Below are positions 37,075 through 48,754 of a DNA stretch of 64,000 bases, piece after piece. Each line of letters starts with the position of its first letter. Position 1 is the first letter of the stretch. A program made the position numbers and the translations under genes. The notes beneath the pieces are model-generated. The model was not told the DNA's origin. It did no database searches and saw only the letters and a list, made by a program, of their open reading frames with translations. Origin of the DNA: Marsupella aquatica (taxonomy: Eukaryota; Plantae; Marchantiophyta); contig OZ316893.1 of NCBI GenBank assembly GCA_973895155.1, positions 17,490,770 to 17,554,769 of the forward strand, given 5' to 3'.

Positions 37075-40000
37075 TGTAGTTTGCTATGAAGAACTAAAAA
37101 CACACTTAAAGGTCTTCAAACTCGGTATTCGTTCCCGTAAAGAACAAGATGAGGTTGGTTTGATAGATTTAATCAATAATAAAGAACTAAAGATGTTTTT
37201 CACACATAGTAATCAAATTTGATTACTTCACTAAGGTATTTTGAAGATTGCTCCACAGCGGTGAGTAGTTTTCAATGATAACTCAGCATCATGTAAACAT
37301 GAATTAATGAAAAGGGAATGATTAACAAAACACAAGGGAAAATATCTTAAAGTATGCTAAGGGAGTCTGGAATTGACCAAGGTTGCTCCTTAGACATAAG
37401 TTAAAATGAAAAGACTTAAGGATTCAAATCCATATTGCTTTTCAGGTCTAAAATGCTTACTAGAGTACTCCTTTAAAGTGCCGTCAACACGTCTTGTCTT
37501 TTCTTTCTAAGTGGTACTCAGACAAGATCTAAAAGAGTGACTACTTCAACATTTAGATGGTACTAAGCAACCTGAAAGAAAATCCATCAATTTCAATAAG
37601 GCTTAAACTCAATGAATTAACTTTAAGAACTCAAGAGATTGCAATGAGTCACCAACAAGGAATCTGTCATTACAATTCAAAAGATTTGCACAAAAGGAAT
37701 TTTACTTCCTGTGTTTATAATCATAGGTAAAAACACAAGAAGGAGGTAAGTCTCTCCAAATGTTAAACCTGATCTCGAACTCATAGATTCATGATCAACT
37801 AGTTTAACACAAGGAAAAGGCAAAAATGCATAACTTAACCATAAACTGCACTAGTGGGGGAGGGGTCTTATAGTAAAAACCTACAGGGTAAGAGGTCATA
37901 GGGTTGAAGAGACATGCCTCTTCATACTCCTCAAAAAGTCAAAACAGTGATTCAGTAAGTGAAAAGACGGGAAACGGCTAAGTAAGAACCCGTAAAAGCA
38001 TAAAGATGTAAACTCGTAAAAGCATAAAAGTGTAAAGGCGTAATCCGGTGAATGCGGTAGACTTAAAGACTTTCCGAATTCAACTATTTTTAACTTTCTA
38101 CTCCTAGCTTGGAAAACTCTGGAAGTTTGCTAGTGTGTTTCCCTATGCACAGACTACACACTAAATAAGTTTCATAGCTTTTTAAGCTCTATAACTCATT
38201 TTGAAAAATAGGAAAAGATGCACTACTCTTAAAACTAACTAAAAAGACTTAGACTACTCCTCAAGCTTGTTGTCGGATGTCTTCTGGTTTGAGTAGCTCC
38301 ACGAGGGTAACAGTTCGAGCTTGAGTAACTTCCATCAGCTCAGCCTGGCGTGGGGATCCTCGAGAGTAGGGTAGGCATCTCAGTTGCCTTTCAGGATACA
38401 TCAGGGGCATTCTCTTCCTTAGATAACATATGTCTATTCGAAGAGCTTCTCTATATATCCCAATCACATCATAGTTATTACAAGTAGCAGCATATACTTG
38501 GGGATAATGGTATAGGAATTCATCAGAGTTCAGCATCCTGGAATAGAAAGGGTGAAGCCTCCATTTGACATCTCTAAAATACCGGTTGAAGTTGGCTAGA
38601 GTTTGAGAGGTGACATTGTTCCAGATTCTCTGTTTCTCAGCTAATGAACTGGTTGAAACAAGGGTAACCTTGGGCTCTCGAGGAAGGTAAGCGTTCTGGG
38701 GAGAAGTAGATTTCTTACTCTGCATGAGAAAAGAAACCACAAAATCTAGGGCATAAGCTGCCAAATTTCCAAAATATGCCAAAACTAAATCTGGATCCTC
38801 CACCTCTACATCACCCTGAAGTAGCATCACAGCAAGAATGGGCCGGAAATAGAGAGAGTCAGTCCAGAACTCATCAAATTGTGCCATCTCCAGTCTGGAA
38901 GTTCCAAAACACCTGAGGTTGAAGATATAACTAGCCTCTGTCTTCTTGAGATAGTAGTATTTCCAGAACTCTCCAACCGATGGTCTGTTGGCCTGCATAA
39001 TCTTACAGGTCTCCACATACTTGTGCACTTGGGACTCTGGATGTCTCGGGTATCTACTCTCGATGGTGGCATTCCGGGGTGTTTGAGTAGATGAGGTGAC
39101 AACTGCTACTAAGTTTGGATTGGATCTTAAGGCAGTATCAACATCTTCAAATCCCTGCCTTGGGGATGACTCAAGAGAATTATCATGAGATCTATAAGTT
39201 TCACCATCTAAGGGTGGATCAGAGTCTTCAGGTAGATCCTCTCTGTCGTAAGGGTGCTCATATTGTGACCGATTGTAGGTGGGTCCTTTTTTGGGTTCGT
39301 AGTTGGAATCAGGGCTGTAAGGTTGCGAACCTGGGCTAGGAGTGGGACTAGCAGTTGGATATTGTTGGATCAAGTTGCTGACCACGGATGCTATCTGTCG
39401 AGGTTCACACTGAAGTATTTCTAGCAAGTCATCCACAATGGCCACACAGCTGGTACTATCTGCTACTGGAACAGATTCACTTGTTTCTAGGGGAGGGGGC
39501 TGTACAGTGACGGGAGTACAGATCACAAACTCCATTGGTGCTGGTTCTCTTGGGGAAGAGGTCATTCTGACAGGACTTAGCTGATCATGAAATGGTGATC
39601 TCAAACTAACAGCCTCCATTCTCAAATTATTAACAGCATCATATAGTCCATCATCACTGCAACTGAGGAGAGATGTCAACTTATCAATAAGCTGTTGATT
39701 CGACTCTGCCTTCGAAGGAGTGGACCTGGTGGTCACATGAGGAGTAGCATCAGTTGGTGTAGCAACATCGTCTTGTTGATGAATGTTCCTTACTCCTTCA
39801 ACTTCTAGTGAATCTGCACCTATGGTCCGACTGGGAGAATGCTCATCACTCATTGGATGGTAATCGACTTCCCTGCTATGCATAGGAGAATGTGTAGGGA
39901 CTTCTAATGAAGTATCCTCCATAGGAACATCAACATTCTCCTCAATGTTCTGATCATTCGAATTCAATGGGGTGACATGTACAATGTCCTCCATGGGAAT

Positions 40001-41102
40001 TTCTTCTTCAATACCCAGGTCAATCAGGAGTAACCCCCTCTCTGTCTCTTCCTCCAAATATAAATAGTCATGGTTATAATAGAGCTTAGAGAGATAATTC
40101 TGTAAGCAAGTGGTCCTCCCTGCTTCCAAGCTCCTTACTTGATCCTTCATTACATTAAACAGCAGTAGGGCCCAATTTACTTTTATAACTCCACTGTGAG
40201 CAGCTACAATGGTGTTAGCCAAGGCCACAGGACAGAGAGTTGGCTTTTTTGGATGAAGAATGGGTACCAGAAATTCCATGAGTACCCTCAATTCAGGATA
40301 AGTACACTGGGACAAGTTCCAACCATTCTTGGAATTTCGAGTTCCTGAGAAGTATGGAGTAGATAAGTCCTGCTTCTTGGAATATAACGCCTCTCCTTTT
40401 GACGGGCATCCAAAGGCGTAAGCAATTTTCTCAACAGTCCACAGGCTGGGGTGAGCTCAAATCGTTCGCCTGAATTCAATCGGGATGATAGTCCCCTTCA
40501 CAAAATCCTGCAAGTAGGAGTTGAGCTCGACATTCCAGGGGATCTTGAGCAAGCGCTCCAATCCTAAGTGTTGTAAAGAGTCTTGTAAATTAGAAAGACT
40601 ATCAGGCGCTCGTGGTATACGAGCTGTCACTACTTTTGAGACTGCTAGAGCTTCAATTTGATATTGTTCCTTAGCACCCAGGTTCGCCATAGCTGCGATG
40701 GTGATTTGCGTGCTGCGAAGGTTGCTTTCAAAGAGAAAGAGCAAGTGAATAGGGGTGGTGAAAAGACAAGAGTGAGCGCCTGAACTCTGTGCTTGATTCC
40801 TATCAAGGTATGAAGTCTCCGATCCGTTTCTAAGTCCCGTTGCGAAGTTAGTCGTAGCGCTATAACGTACACTTTCCTTAAATGCATAAGGCGTAGGCTG
40901 TAACCCGTATTGGCGTAACTTAAATACCGCGTAAACCCGTAAACCCGTAACTCGTATACGCGTAAACACATAATAGAGTTCTTGTAACTAAGTTGGAATA
41001 AGGTTTACACTTGGCACTTTAACAGCAACAACAGGTTTAAACACTGTAAAAAGTTTAAAATTTTCAGTAATTTCAGGTTTTCGGTATTACCCAATACTCA
41101 CA
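37075..41102 (-). mobile_element. Family D giant solo-LTR-like unit (4028 bp)
   Basis: TGTAG...CTCACA termini (+ strand). Exact TSD ATGGC at 37070-37074 and 41103-41107. Inserted into the pol fragment. Confidence 0.9.
38261..40690 (-). CDS. Family D LTR-borne protein (~810 codons, one in-frame TGA at 40457-40459)
   Basis: ORFs 40457-40969 and 38261-40315 are in frame with 47 open codons between them. GLERLLKIPW...KNGWNLSQCTYPELRVLMEFL parallels A (GLEAFVRLPW...KNGFFRNTCTNPHIGEMIDFL). Confidence 0.8.
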
Positions 41103-41305
41103 ATGGCAAAGCTTTAGTCTCAGTACCAATCTATTACGGAGCTACTAGCTCTATCTGCCCCTCTCAGTTGCTGTGTTTCCTGCCACCCGACAATTTGCTG
41201 CAAACAAGCTCTCTCCCGTTGTATTGCTCTTTCCTCCCTTGGTGTAGGTTCAGTCATTATCTACGCTTCCTTACCTAGATCCATATCTCATGGCTTAAGA
41301 AATGC

Positions 41306-41323
41306 CCCCTCCATCTAGCGCCA
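41306..41323 (-). promoter_or_regulatory. Primer-binding site complementary to tRNA-Asn(GUU) 3' end
   Basis: TGGCGCTAGATGGAGGGG lies 4 nt after the ...CCACA end of A copy 3. It has one mismatch to the plant tRNA-Asn complement TGGCGCTAGAAGGAGGGG (recalled sequence). Confidence 0.8.
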
Positions 41324-44300
41324 AAAATGTGGCGCGTCCCATGCCTCTCTGGACCCAAGAACCTCCCTGAGCAAGCCAATTCCCACCGGTTTCTTGCTTG
41401 CCAAGGCCGATTCCAAGGTTTATCGGCATGGGATGTTGCTTTCCTCTCACTACTATACTAACATTTTAACCACATATACTGGACAGATCCTTCATCGGGT
41501 CATGAGATATGTACCCGGCTTATTCTAGGCCTCACTTCGGTCTCTTCTGTCAGTCTTCCTTCAGGTATGTTTGGATTTCGCCCCCGGAATGATGCCCAAT
41601 CGGCTTGGGTAGCCGCTAAGAGCCCTCTTAGATCAACACATCCAACTCTCCCTACTTGTAACTTACTTTCTCTGCTTAGTTGATGTGGGCAATCTTCACA
41701 CAAGTTGATGCGACACACAATTAGAAAGATGACTCCTACTGACTAAGGTATACCATGCCATTGCCATACAAGGAGTACTTCTCATGCACAAGGTCTGCGA
41801 ACTAAGCCGGAAGGCCAACTCTATTCAACTCTTAGGCATGAGGAAACATAAATATACACAAAGGTCACTGCATAATAACAAACCAAGAGCTTCTCTTTAC
41901 TAACTGATTCCAGCCTTGCTGGTGCACTAAAAACTTGCTTAAGAAGAAGGCCTCGGGGTCCCCGCTGACCAGGTATTTATCTCGGCAGCGTACCTACCTA
42001 TTTCCTTGGTGCGTAAGCCAAACCTACTCCTAAGTGGAATCTACCTATGTATAGCGGGGCAAGAGCACAAGTGTTGCTCTTACCAATGGATCCGCAATCC
42101 CACTAAGTGTCAGGGCCGCTTCTTGGTCCTGATCCTAATCCTAATTTTGGAAGTCTGCGCCCGCTCTGCCCACTCACGCCTCCTACCTCCACATCCGCCC
42201 TCTGTAAAAGGGACGGCGCCCTTACACCGTCACGACACCGGTGGCTGGTCCTTAATGGACATCCCCAATCCTTCCTCGGTGGCCAATGTAGGCCTCCCAT
42301 TCTTTGACAGGTTACCCACTCTTGACCTAGTCAACCCATCCTTGGCGTGTCCGGGCCCCACCACTGCTTTGGCCTCGGCTTCATCGGCTTCTGCCTGTCC
42401 GGTTTCCGCCACCCCGGCTTTTGTCTGCCCAGCTTCCATCTGTGGGGGTCCCACCCGTGCGGCTTCTGTTCTCTCCTTCCCGACATCGGCCACCTTGCCG
42501 TAGTGGTCATCCTCATAGGCTTGTTCTATGAGTCGGGTTGTCTTGTCCTCCCAAGGTAGCGGTAGATGCCGATCAATGGTTGGCAACCTTGGGGTTGGTG
42601 CTTGTCATGGCCTCCCCCAACCGGTCTTCTTGGCCTACCTCCCGTACTGCTTCCTTGACGGCCACAACCTCGCATAAGGCTGGTGCCATGCTCTCCACCT
42701 CAGCCACGATGGCCTGACAAACGGTGTGGCTCCTTGACCCAGAAGGCTTCCGCTTTTTGTCCTTCCCCACCCAAGCAGCTGGTGCCTTCCCCTTGCCACT
42801 TACTTCCGGCAAGGGGAAGGGTACCACGGCTTGTTGCTTGGTTAGTACCACGCCTTGCAACCCTATTGCTGCTACCGGGGGTCCACCTGTTGCGGTCAGC
42901 CGATTTAGCTCCTTGGACTGCTTCCTCAACCGCTCAGTTTGGTTGTCCGCTCGCCTTTGCAGATTCTCCATCTTCTGGGTGGCTTCCTCCAACTCCACCA
43001 GGGTTTTGTCTAAATCCCCACGAGCTTGCTCCAACTCTGCTAGGTTCTCATCCAACTCCTTCCGTAAGGCCGCCCTCTCCTCCTGGGTTGCCTTTAGCTC
43101 TACATTGAGCTCATGGACGACATCAAACTCGATCTTATTCTTTTTGTCGTAGGTTTGATCGAGCATGTCATCCTTCTTCCGCAGCTCGGCTTGAAAGTTG
43201 GCCGACAGGTCCTCCAGGTTTCCCTTCAACTTGTTGATGCCTATGACGCCACCAGCATGGCGGTTAATGATTGATTCGGCCTAGCCCGTGCTTAGCACGC
43301 GCATTAGGGGCACCGTAGGCTATAGTTATTAGCATAACGACACTAAGTAGGTAGTACTTATGACTAGGGAATCATTAGTTAATAAGGGGCATTTATGTTT
43401 GGGGTGGCGGCGGAGCGCCATTCGTACTCTCAGGTTACGAGCGTGTAAGGGAACCCTTTGGGTCCGTATAACAAATTCTTGGAGGCGGCTGCTGACACGC
43501 TTTGAACCGGACCTGCGAGTGGCCAGTACACTATGAGCGTGAAAAGCTTGGCCTATAGGAAGGGAGGAGGGGCCAGTCAAACGATGAGCTCTCAGAGTAT
43601 AAAAGGAGGGCCATTCTCTTGCATTTCACCCACACTCCATTCCACGCGCCAGCTTTGATCTCAGCCACTTCGTCCCTCCTTAGTCGCCCACCGTCACTCC
43701 TAGATGTCTGTCATAATATTGTCCAGTTTGGCCCTTCAATTTTGGCTGCAATTCCTATCCATGGGAAGTCACTTAGCCAAGTCCTTACGCAAAGTCAACC
43801 CCCGCCGATACAAGACCAAACGAGCTTACGAGAGAGCCATTCGCTTAGCCGGACATAATCATTATAACGGCAATTTTGACCTCCCATTCCAGAGTGAGCT
43901 TTGCCGAGTCGACAAAATCAGCGAGTACTTCTTTGTCGACAAGAAGTATGTTGGTTTTTGGGAAGCGTTCCTTCGGCTTTTGGACAGGGTTTACCATCTC
44001 CCGGGCACGATAGACTTGCAGCCGCACCACTATGACCATATCCCCGCCCGGGTTCAAGCATCCATAGATTGTCAGTTTGGCCCTGCCCAAACAAGCAAGA
44101 ATCCTATCTTAACGACACTCGACTTCCCCAAGGACTTCCTGAATCTAATGGCGCCTCCTTTAGCTGCAACTAGCACCAATTTGTCGGTACCTGTGCCAAC
44201 ACCGCCTTGGCCTCAGCCAAGCCAATCTCCACCACCGGTCGCACCACCTCTCCAAGTTTCCAATAGGCACACTTTCCAATATTGGAAAGTGTGCGATCCG

Positions 44301-46018
44301 TGGTAAATGCGGTAAATATTAGCTCCAAAGACGAGGAGGCTCACCCTCCTTTGAACCAATGGCCGCGGGGGTACAAATCAGCATGCGCCAAGCAACCCAG
44401 CGCCACTCCAACAAGCCCAAGGGGATAACACGGTGACTATAGCGGCCCCGACACCAATACTCATGGCGGTAGCGCTACCGCCACCCGACCAGGAGGATGG
44501 GGAGATGTCCCCCTCTTCTAGTCACCTCGGGAATCAGTCCCGGGGTAGGAAGAGAAAGGAACCCGCAGCTATATCCGGGTTGCCTTTGGCCACGGTTGCG
44601 GTGGCCAAGCTGACCATGCATTGCATGGGGGAGAATGTTTGCAAGAACATCCTCCACCCCAAGCATGCATGTTACCTGAAGACCCAAGGGTTTGAGCACC
44701 TCGCCTCTCTCCCTTGGAATGGAAGCAGGTACTACGGGCAGGATATGACGGAGTTCATTCAGAACTTCAACGAGGCCCGCCAACAAACCCGAGCGCACGG
44801 GAGAGTGATGTGTCTCAATGAGGCACGTTTGAAGATGATTTTTGGCCTACCCGAAGGAATAAACCGGGTAGAGTCGCGGGCTCCTGGGGGCAAGGGAGCT
44901 AAATACCAGTCCTCTAGCTTCCCAACCGAGGGAGCAGTGGACAATGGATTCTTGATGAGGACGTGCCTCATCCCGGAGGTAGCAGAACGCCTGGAGTTCC
45001 AGCGGTATGTCCTCCACATGATGGAACCACAGGGCAAAATATCCGCCGCCCAGGTCATATAAGTAGAGAACTTTCGGCCTAGGAGGTGGGCGTCCTTCTT
45101 TGTCAAGAAGTTCCACGAGGAGATGGAGCGGAGAAGGAAGACCTTATACCTTGGCGGAAAGGCGTACTTTGCGAGCCACATTGAGATCATCATCAAGTGG
45201 TACGCCCGTTTTGACTGCCAAAGCTTCCCCCGTAGCAACAAGACTGAATTGACCCCGTCAAAGTGGGTATTCCTGGCTCAGGAGAGGCGACCGCAGCCTG
45301 AGGCCCAAAGCCTAGCAGCCGCAAGCCCTGCTTCCCCGGCCCCGCAACCAGCCGCTACCGCCCCACCAAGCGTACCCGTAGATGCAGTTATCGCGACCCT
45401 AGATGCGATCAACCGGGTCAACTCGATTGAAGTCGGGCCGGCTGAGGCCAGACCCAAACCCGATACTACGGTGGCCGAGGAGATCCTGCCACCCCCCACG
45501 GCTGTGCAAGAGAACCGCCCAGCCCCAGTGGAACTAGCCCCTTCGACCGACTTACCTCAAGGGCTGGATGTTTCCACTCCAACTCCCGCGCGGTCTGGGG
45601 TCTGTCCATGCCCAAATCCAGATGGGCATAGTCTGGACCACCCAGAACTCTTTGCACCGGGCATGTTTCTAAACGAGTTGTTGGAAGATTTTGCTCAACA
45701 GATCGCACGAGATACCAAGGAGTACACGGCACGAAAGGTGGCCTACTTCTTCAACTAGGAGTTGGTTGCGGCCGTAAAGGCAGGACATGCGCAGGCTAAG
45801 ACGACGCATAGGATAGAGCGGTACCGGGTTGAGTTTGCCTACCTGAAGGACAAAGTGGTGGCCCTCGAGACTGAACTCCAACAACTGCGACCTCAGGTAA
45901 TGGCCACGGAGGATCAGGTTGCCGAAGCCAGGGCCCGGGTAGCCTTAGCAAAGCAGGCCGGGTTCAGAAAGGACGCCGAGATCGCACGGCTCCGTACCCA
46001 TATTGACGGTTTGAAGGG

Positions 46019-48754
46019 TGTGACGCCGATGACATGGTCCTTATTCTATGATCTGATTAAGTAGGCTACTGTATGCAAGGAGTAGCTATTGATATTGCAT
46101 AACAATTAGCAAGCTGGCAAGAATAAGGGCAATCATGGCGTTAAGAGTAGGGATAAAGGTATTTCAGCTTGAAGACTGCACAACCAAGGCAGACACAGTT
46201 GAGGTAGTCATTGTCAAGGCCACAAAGGAGAAACTAGGAAGAGAGGATTCAGCTCTTCAAGCATACCATCTTCTTGACAAGCAAGATGGAGCATGGAGGC
46301 TCTTCAAGACGCCGGTACGAAGGTAGGCGTGGTAATTCAAGGAAGCGAGTCTCCATAGCTGAATATGAAGTTGTGGGCTATGGTGATTGTTCTCAGGATG
46401 AAATCTAAATGTCTTGGGTGTGTAGCTTCATTTTGTTAGTTAGGTTAGTGGTTCATAGTCTAGTCTTAGAATGTTAGGGAAATAAAAGGCTATGTCGCGG
46501 GTGGTCGGCGACCATATCTCGTTCATTACGTCACCAAATCCGGATTTGTAAAGAGCATTGGAAAGATCTGGTCAAGGCGAGTAAAATCAATATAAAACAC
46601 TTGGGAAACACAGGTGTATTAAGAAAGATACGGTCTGATTAGTGTGATTGGTTAACTTGTGGCTGGAATTAGCGGATTCGGCTTCGGTTTCGGGTTAACC
46701 TAAGCTCGGCCACGGCTTAGCTTATGTGAGCTCGGCTTCAGCTTAGCTCAGGTCAGCACAGCTTCAGCTTAGCTCAGGTCAGCATGGCTTCAGCTTAGCT
46801 CAGGTCAGCACGGCTTCAGCTTAGGACCCGGGTTCGGGTTAGATTGAGCCCGAGTTAGACTGAACTCGGGTTAGCCTAAACTTGGGCTCGGGTTAGCATA
46901 GATAAGCTCGGGTTTGGGCTCAGCTTAGCCTAGGTTACCGGATAGCGGGTAGCGGCCTAACCCGAGACCACGGGTTAGCTCTACTCGGGTTAGATAAGAT
47001 AGCTAGGTTAGTCGAACTCGGGTTAGCATAGCAATGAGTACCCCCTCTCGGTTGCGGGGGCATAACTTTCTCTGTATTTGCCCAAATCGGCTATAATTGA
47101 CCTCGTTGGAAAGAGGAGCTCAAGCCGCTTCCAACGCTGCTATCCACGCAACAAATGGTTGAATAGAGAAACTGGGAGAGGAGGCGCAAGCTCGCAAAAA
47201 CCATGGAGGAGGGCCAAATCCGAAGTACATAGCCAATTCAAGATAGAAATAAAGTTGTGAGTTAGGGTTCAGTAGTTAGAGATAGTGGCGGCTCTATTTG
47301 GGCTGGGATGGGGCTCTAGCAGCATAGTATCCACCCATTTGGGCTCAGTATGAGAGTATATAGAGCAACCCCCGGTAGAGGCAAGGGGGGGGACTTCAGT
47401 TGTGTGATCTCACGTAGACTGAGCAGCAGGGAGGAGCTCTGTGCAAGGAAGGTTGGGCTTGGAAACTATGTGTTGGGGAGAGCTTGGTTGTGCTATTACT
47501 TAGGGAGTAATCAGCCATGCTTCACAACAACAGTTGGCCAGGTTTGCAAGCTAGATTGTGGCTCTTTCTAGTAGACAACACAACTGGGTTCTTTTCCCCC
47601 GATATAGAGCCTTGGTGATAGGTGATGTGCTGGTGATTGTAAACTGTGGGGAGGATTTCAATTCAATTTGCGGCGAGCACATTAGGAAGGCTGAGACACT
47701 GATTGAGGGGCAGCAGGAGGAGCATGTACAGTTCAGTCTGGCAAGGCTACGTGATCCATGGGGAGTCCCGGCCTTTGTCTGGTAGAGAGCACTAAGGGAT
47801 TTATGGCCAGAGCTGAGCTTGCAGGGCAAGCATGAGGCCGGGCCTCATTATAGTTTGGGGTAGATCGTCGTTAGGCCTGGTACCAGCTTTGAAATTGAGT
47901 TAATTGTGCATGCGTAACTTGACATTCTGAAATGGAGGTGTGAGATCTGTGCGTGCCCCCAAGAATGAAGTGCAGTGAAGGAGGTTGAGTTCAGGATTGA
48001 GTTTGCAAGGCAAGTACAGGATTGGTTGGAGTCCAATCTGCCGTCGCAATCTGGAGTGAGCCGGGCTCAGGTTCAGGATTGAGCTTGCATGGCAAGTACG
48101 TCGCAATCTGGAGGAGACAGCCTTTGGGCCTATTGTTCGGATCAAGTGTTCTCAGTGAACTATTGTGCACATCTTTGAATCTAATTGAGTTTTCCTCTCA
48201 TGCCTCATTTCTCTCATGGATGTGTGTGTGTGTGTGAGGCAATCTGAGTGTATGATGGGACTAGCAACACCACTGAGAGGTGTACCAGGTGCATTAAAGT
48301 GGGTTGGGTGAGGGCTATCACATCTCTGATTGCTGAGAGTGGAATGGCAGAGTGGTGGGGCAATGGCTTAGAAGTCCCTAAGCCGGGAATCAGTCAAGAG
48401 TCATTGGTTTATGGGTACATTCCGGTGGTGGAATAGAAATATACCTATGACAGTAAGCATACGTATAGACATATGCACACTGTAGCACTAGGCCCTGTGT
48501 GTACGGGCCCGATATGAAGACTCCTTCTCACTAGAACTATCATGAGCACTTGATCTGATTCCCAACCTTGGTTCCTAGGGATTGAGCTTGGGTGATGTGT
48601 GACAGAGTCTTGCTATGATAGTTTGGTGTTAAGGGCATAAACTGGTGTTTACCGGACTTCACAGCATCCCTTTGTGATCCTCAGGTACAAGGAGATGGTT
48701 TTGGCACCCAATAGTGACGTTTTTGGTGTTAAGACCCATGTCAATCGCGTGACA
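46019..48754 (+). mobile_element. Family C solo LTR (2736 bp), non-coding relative of B
   Basis: Exact TSD AAGGG at 46014-46018 and 48755-48759. Imperfect 19-bp terminal inverted repeat TGTGACGCCGATGACATGG vs TGTCACGCGATTGACATGG. TATATAG at ~47357. Confidence 0.9.
46675..47030 (+). repeat. 26-bp tandem repeat x3 and degenerate CGGGTTAG repeats in the C U3-like region
   Basis: GGCTTCAGCTTAGCTCAGGTCAGCAC units at ~46734-46824, followed by many CTCGGGTTAG variants. Confidence 0.8.
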
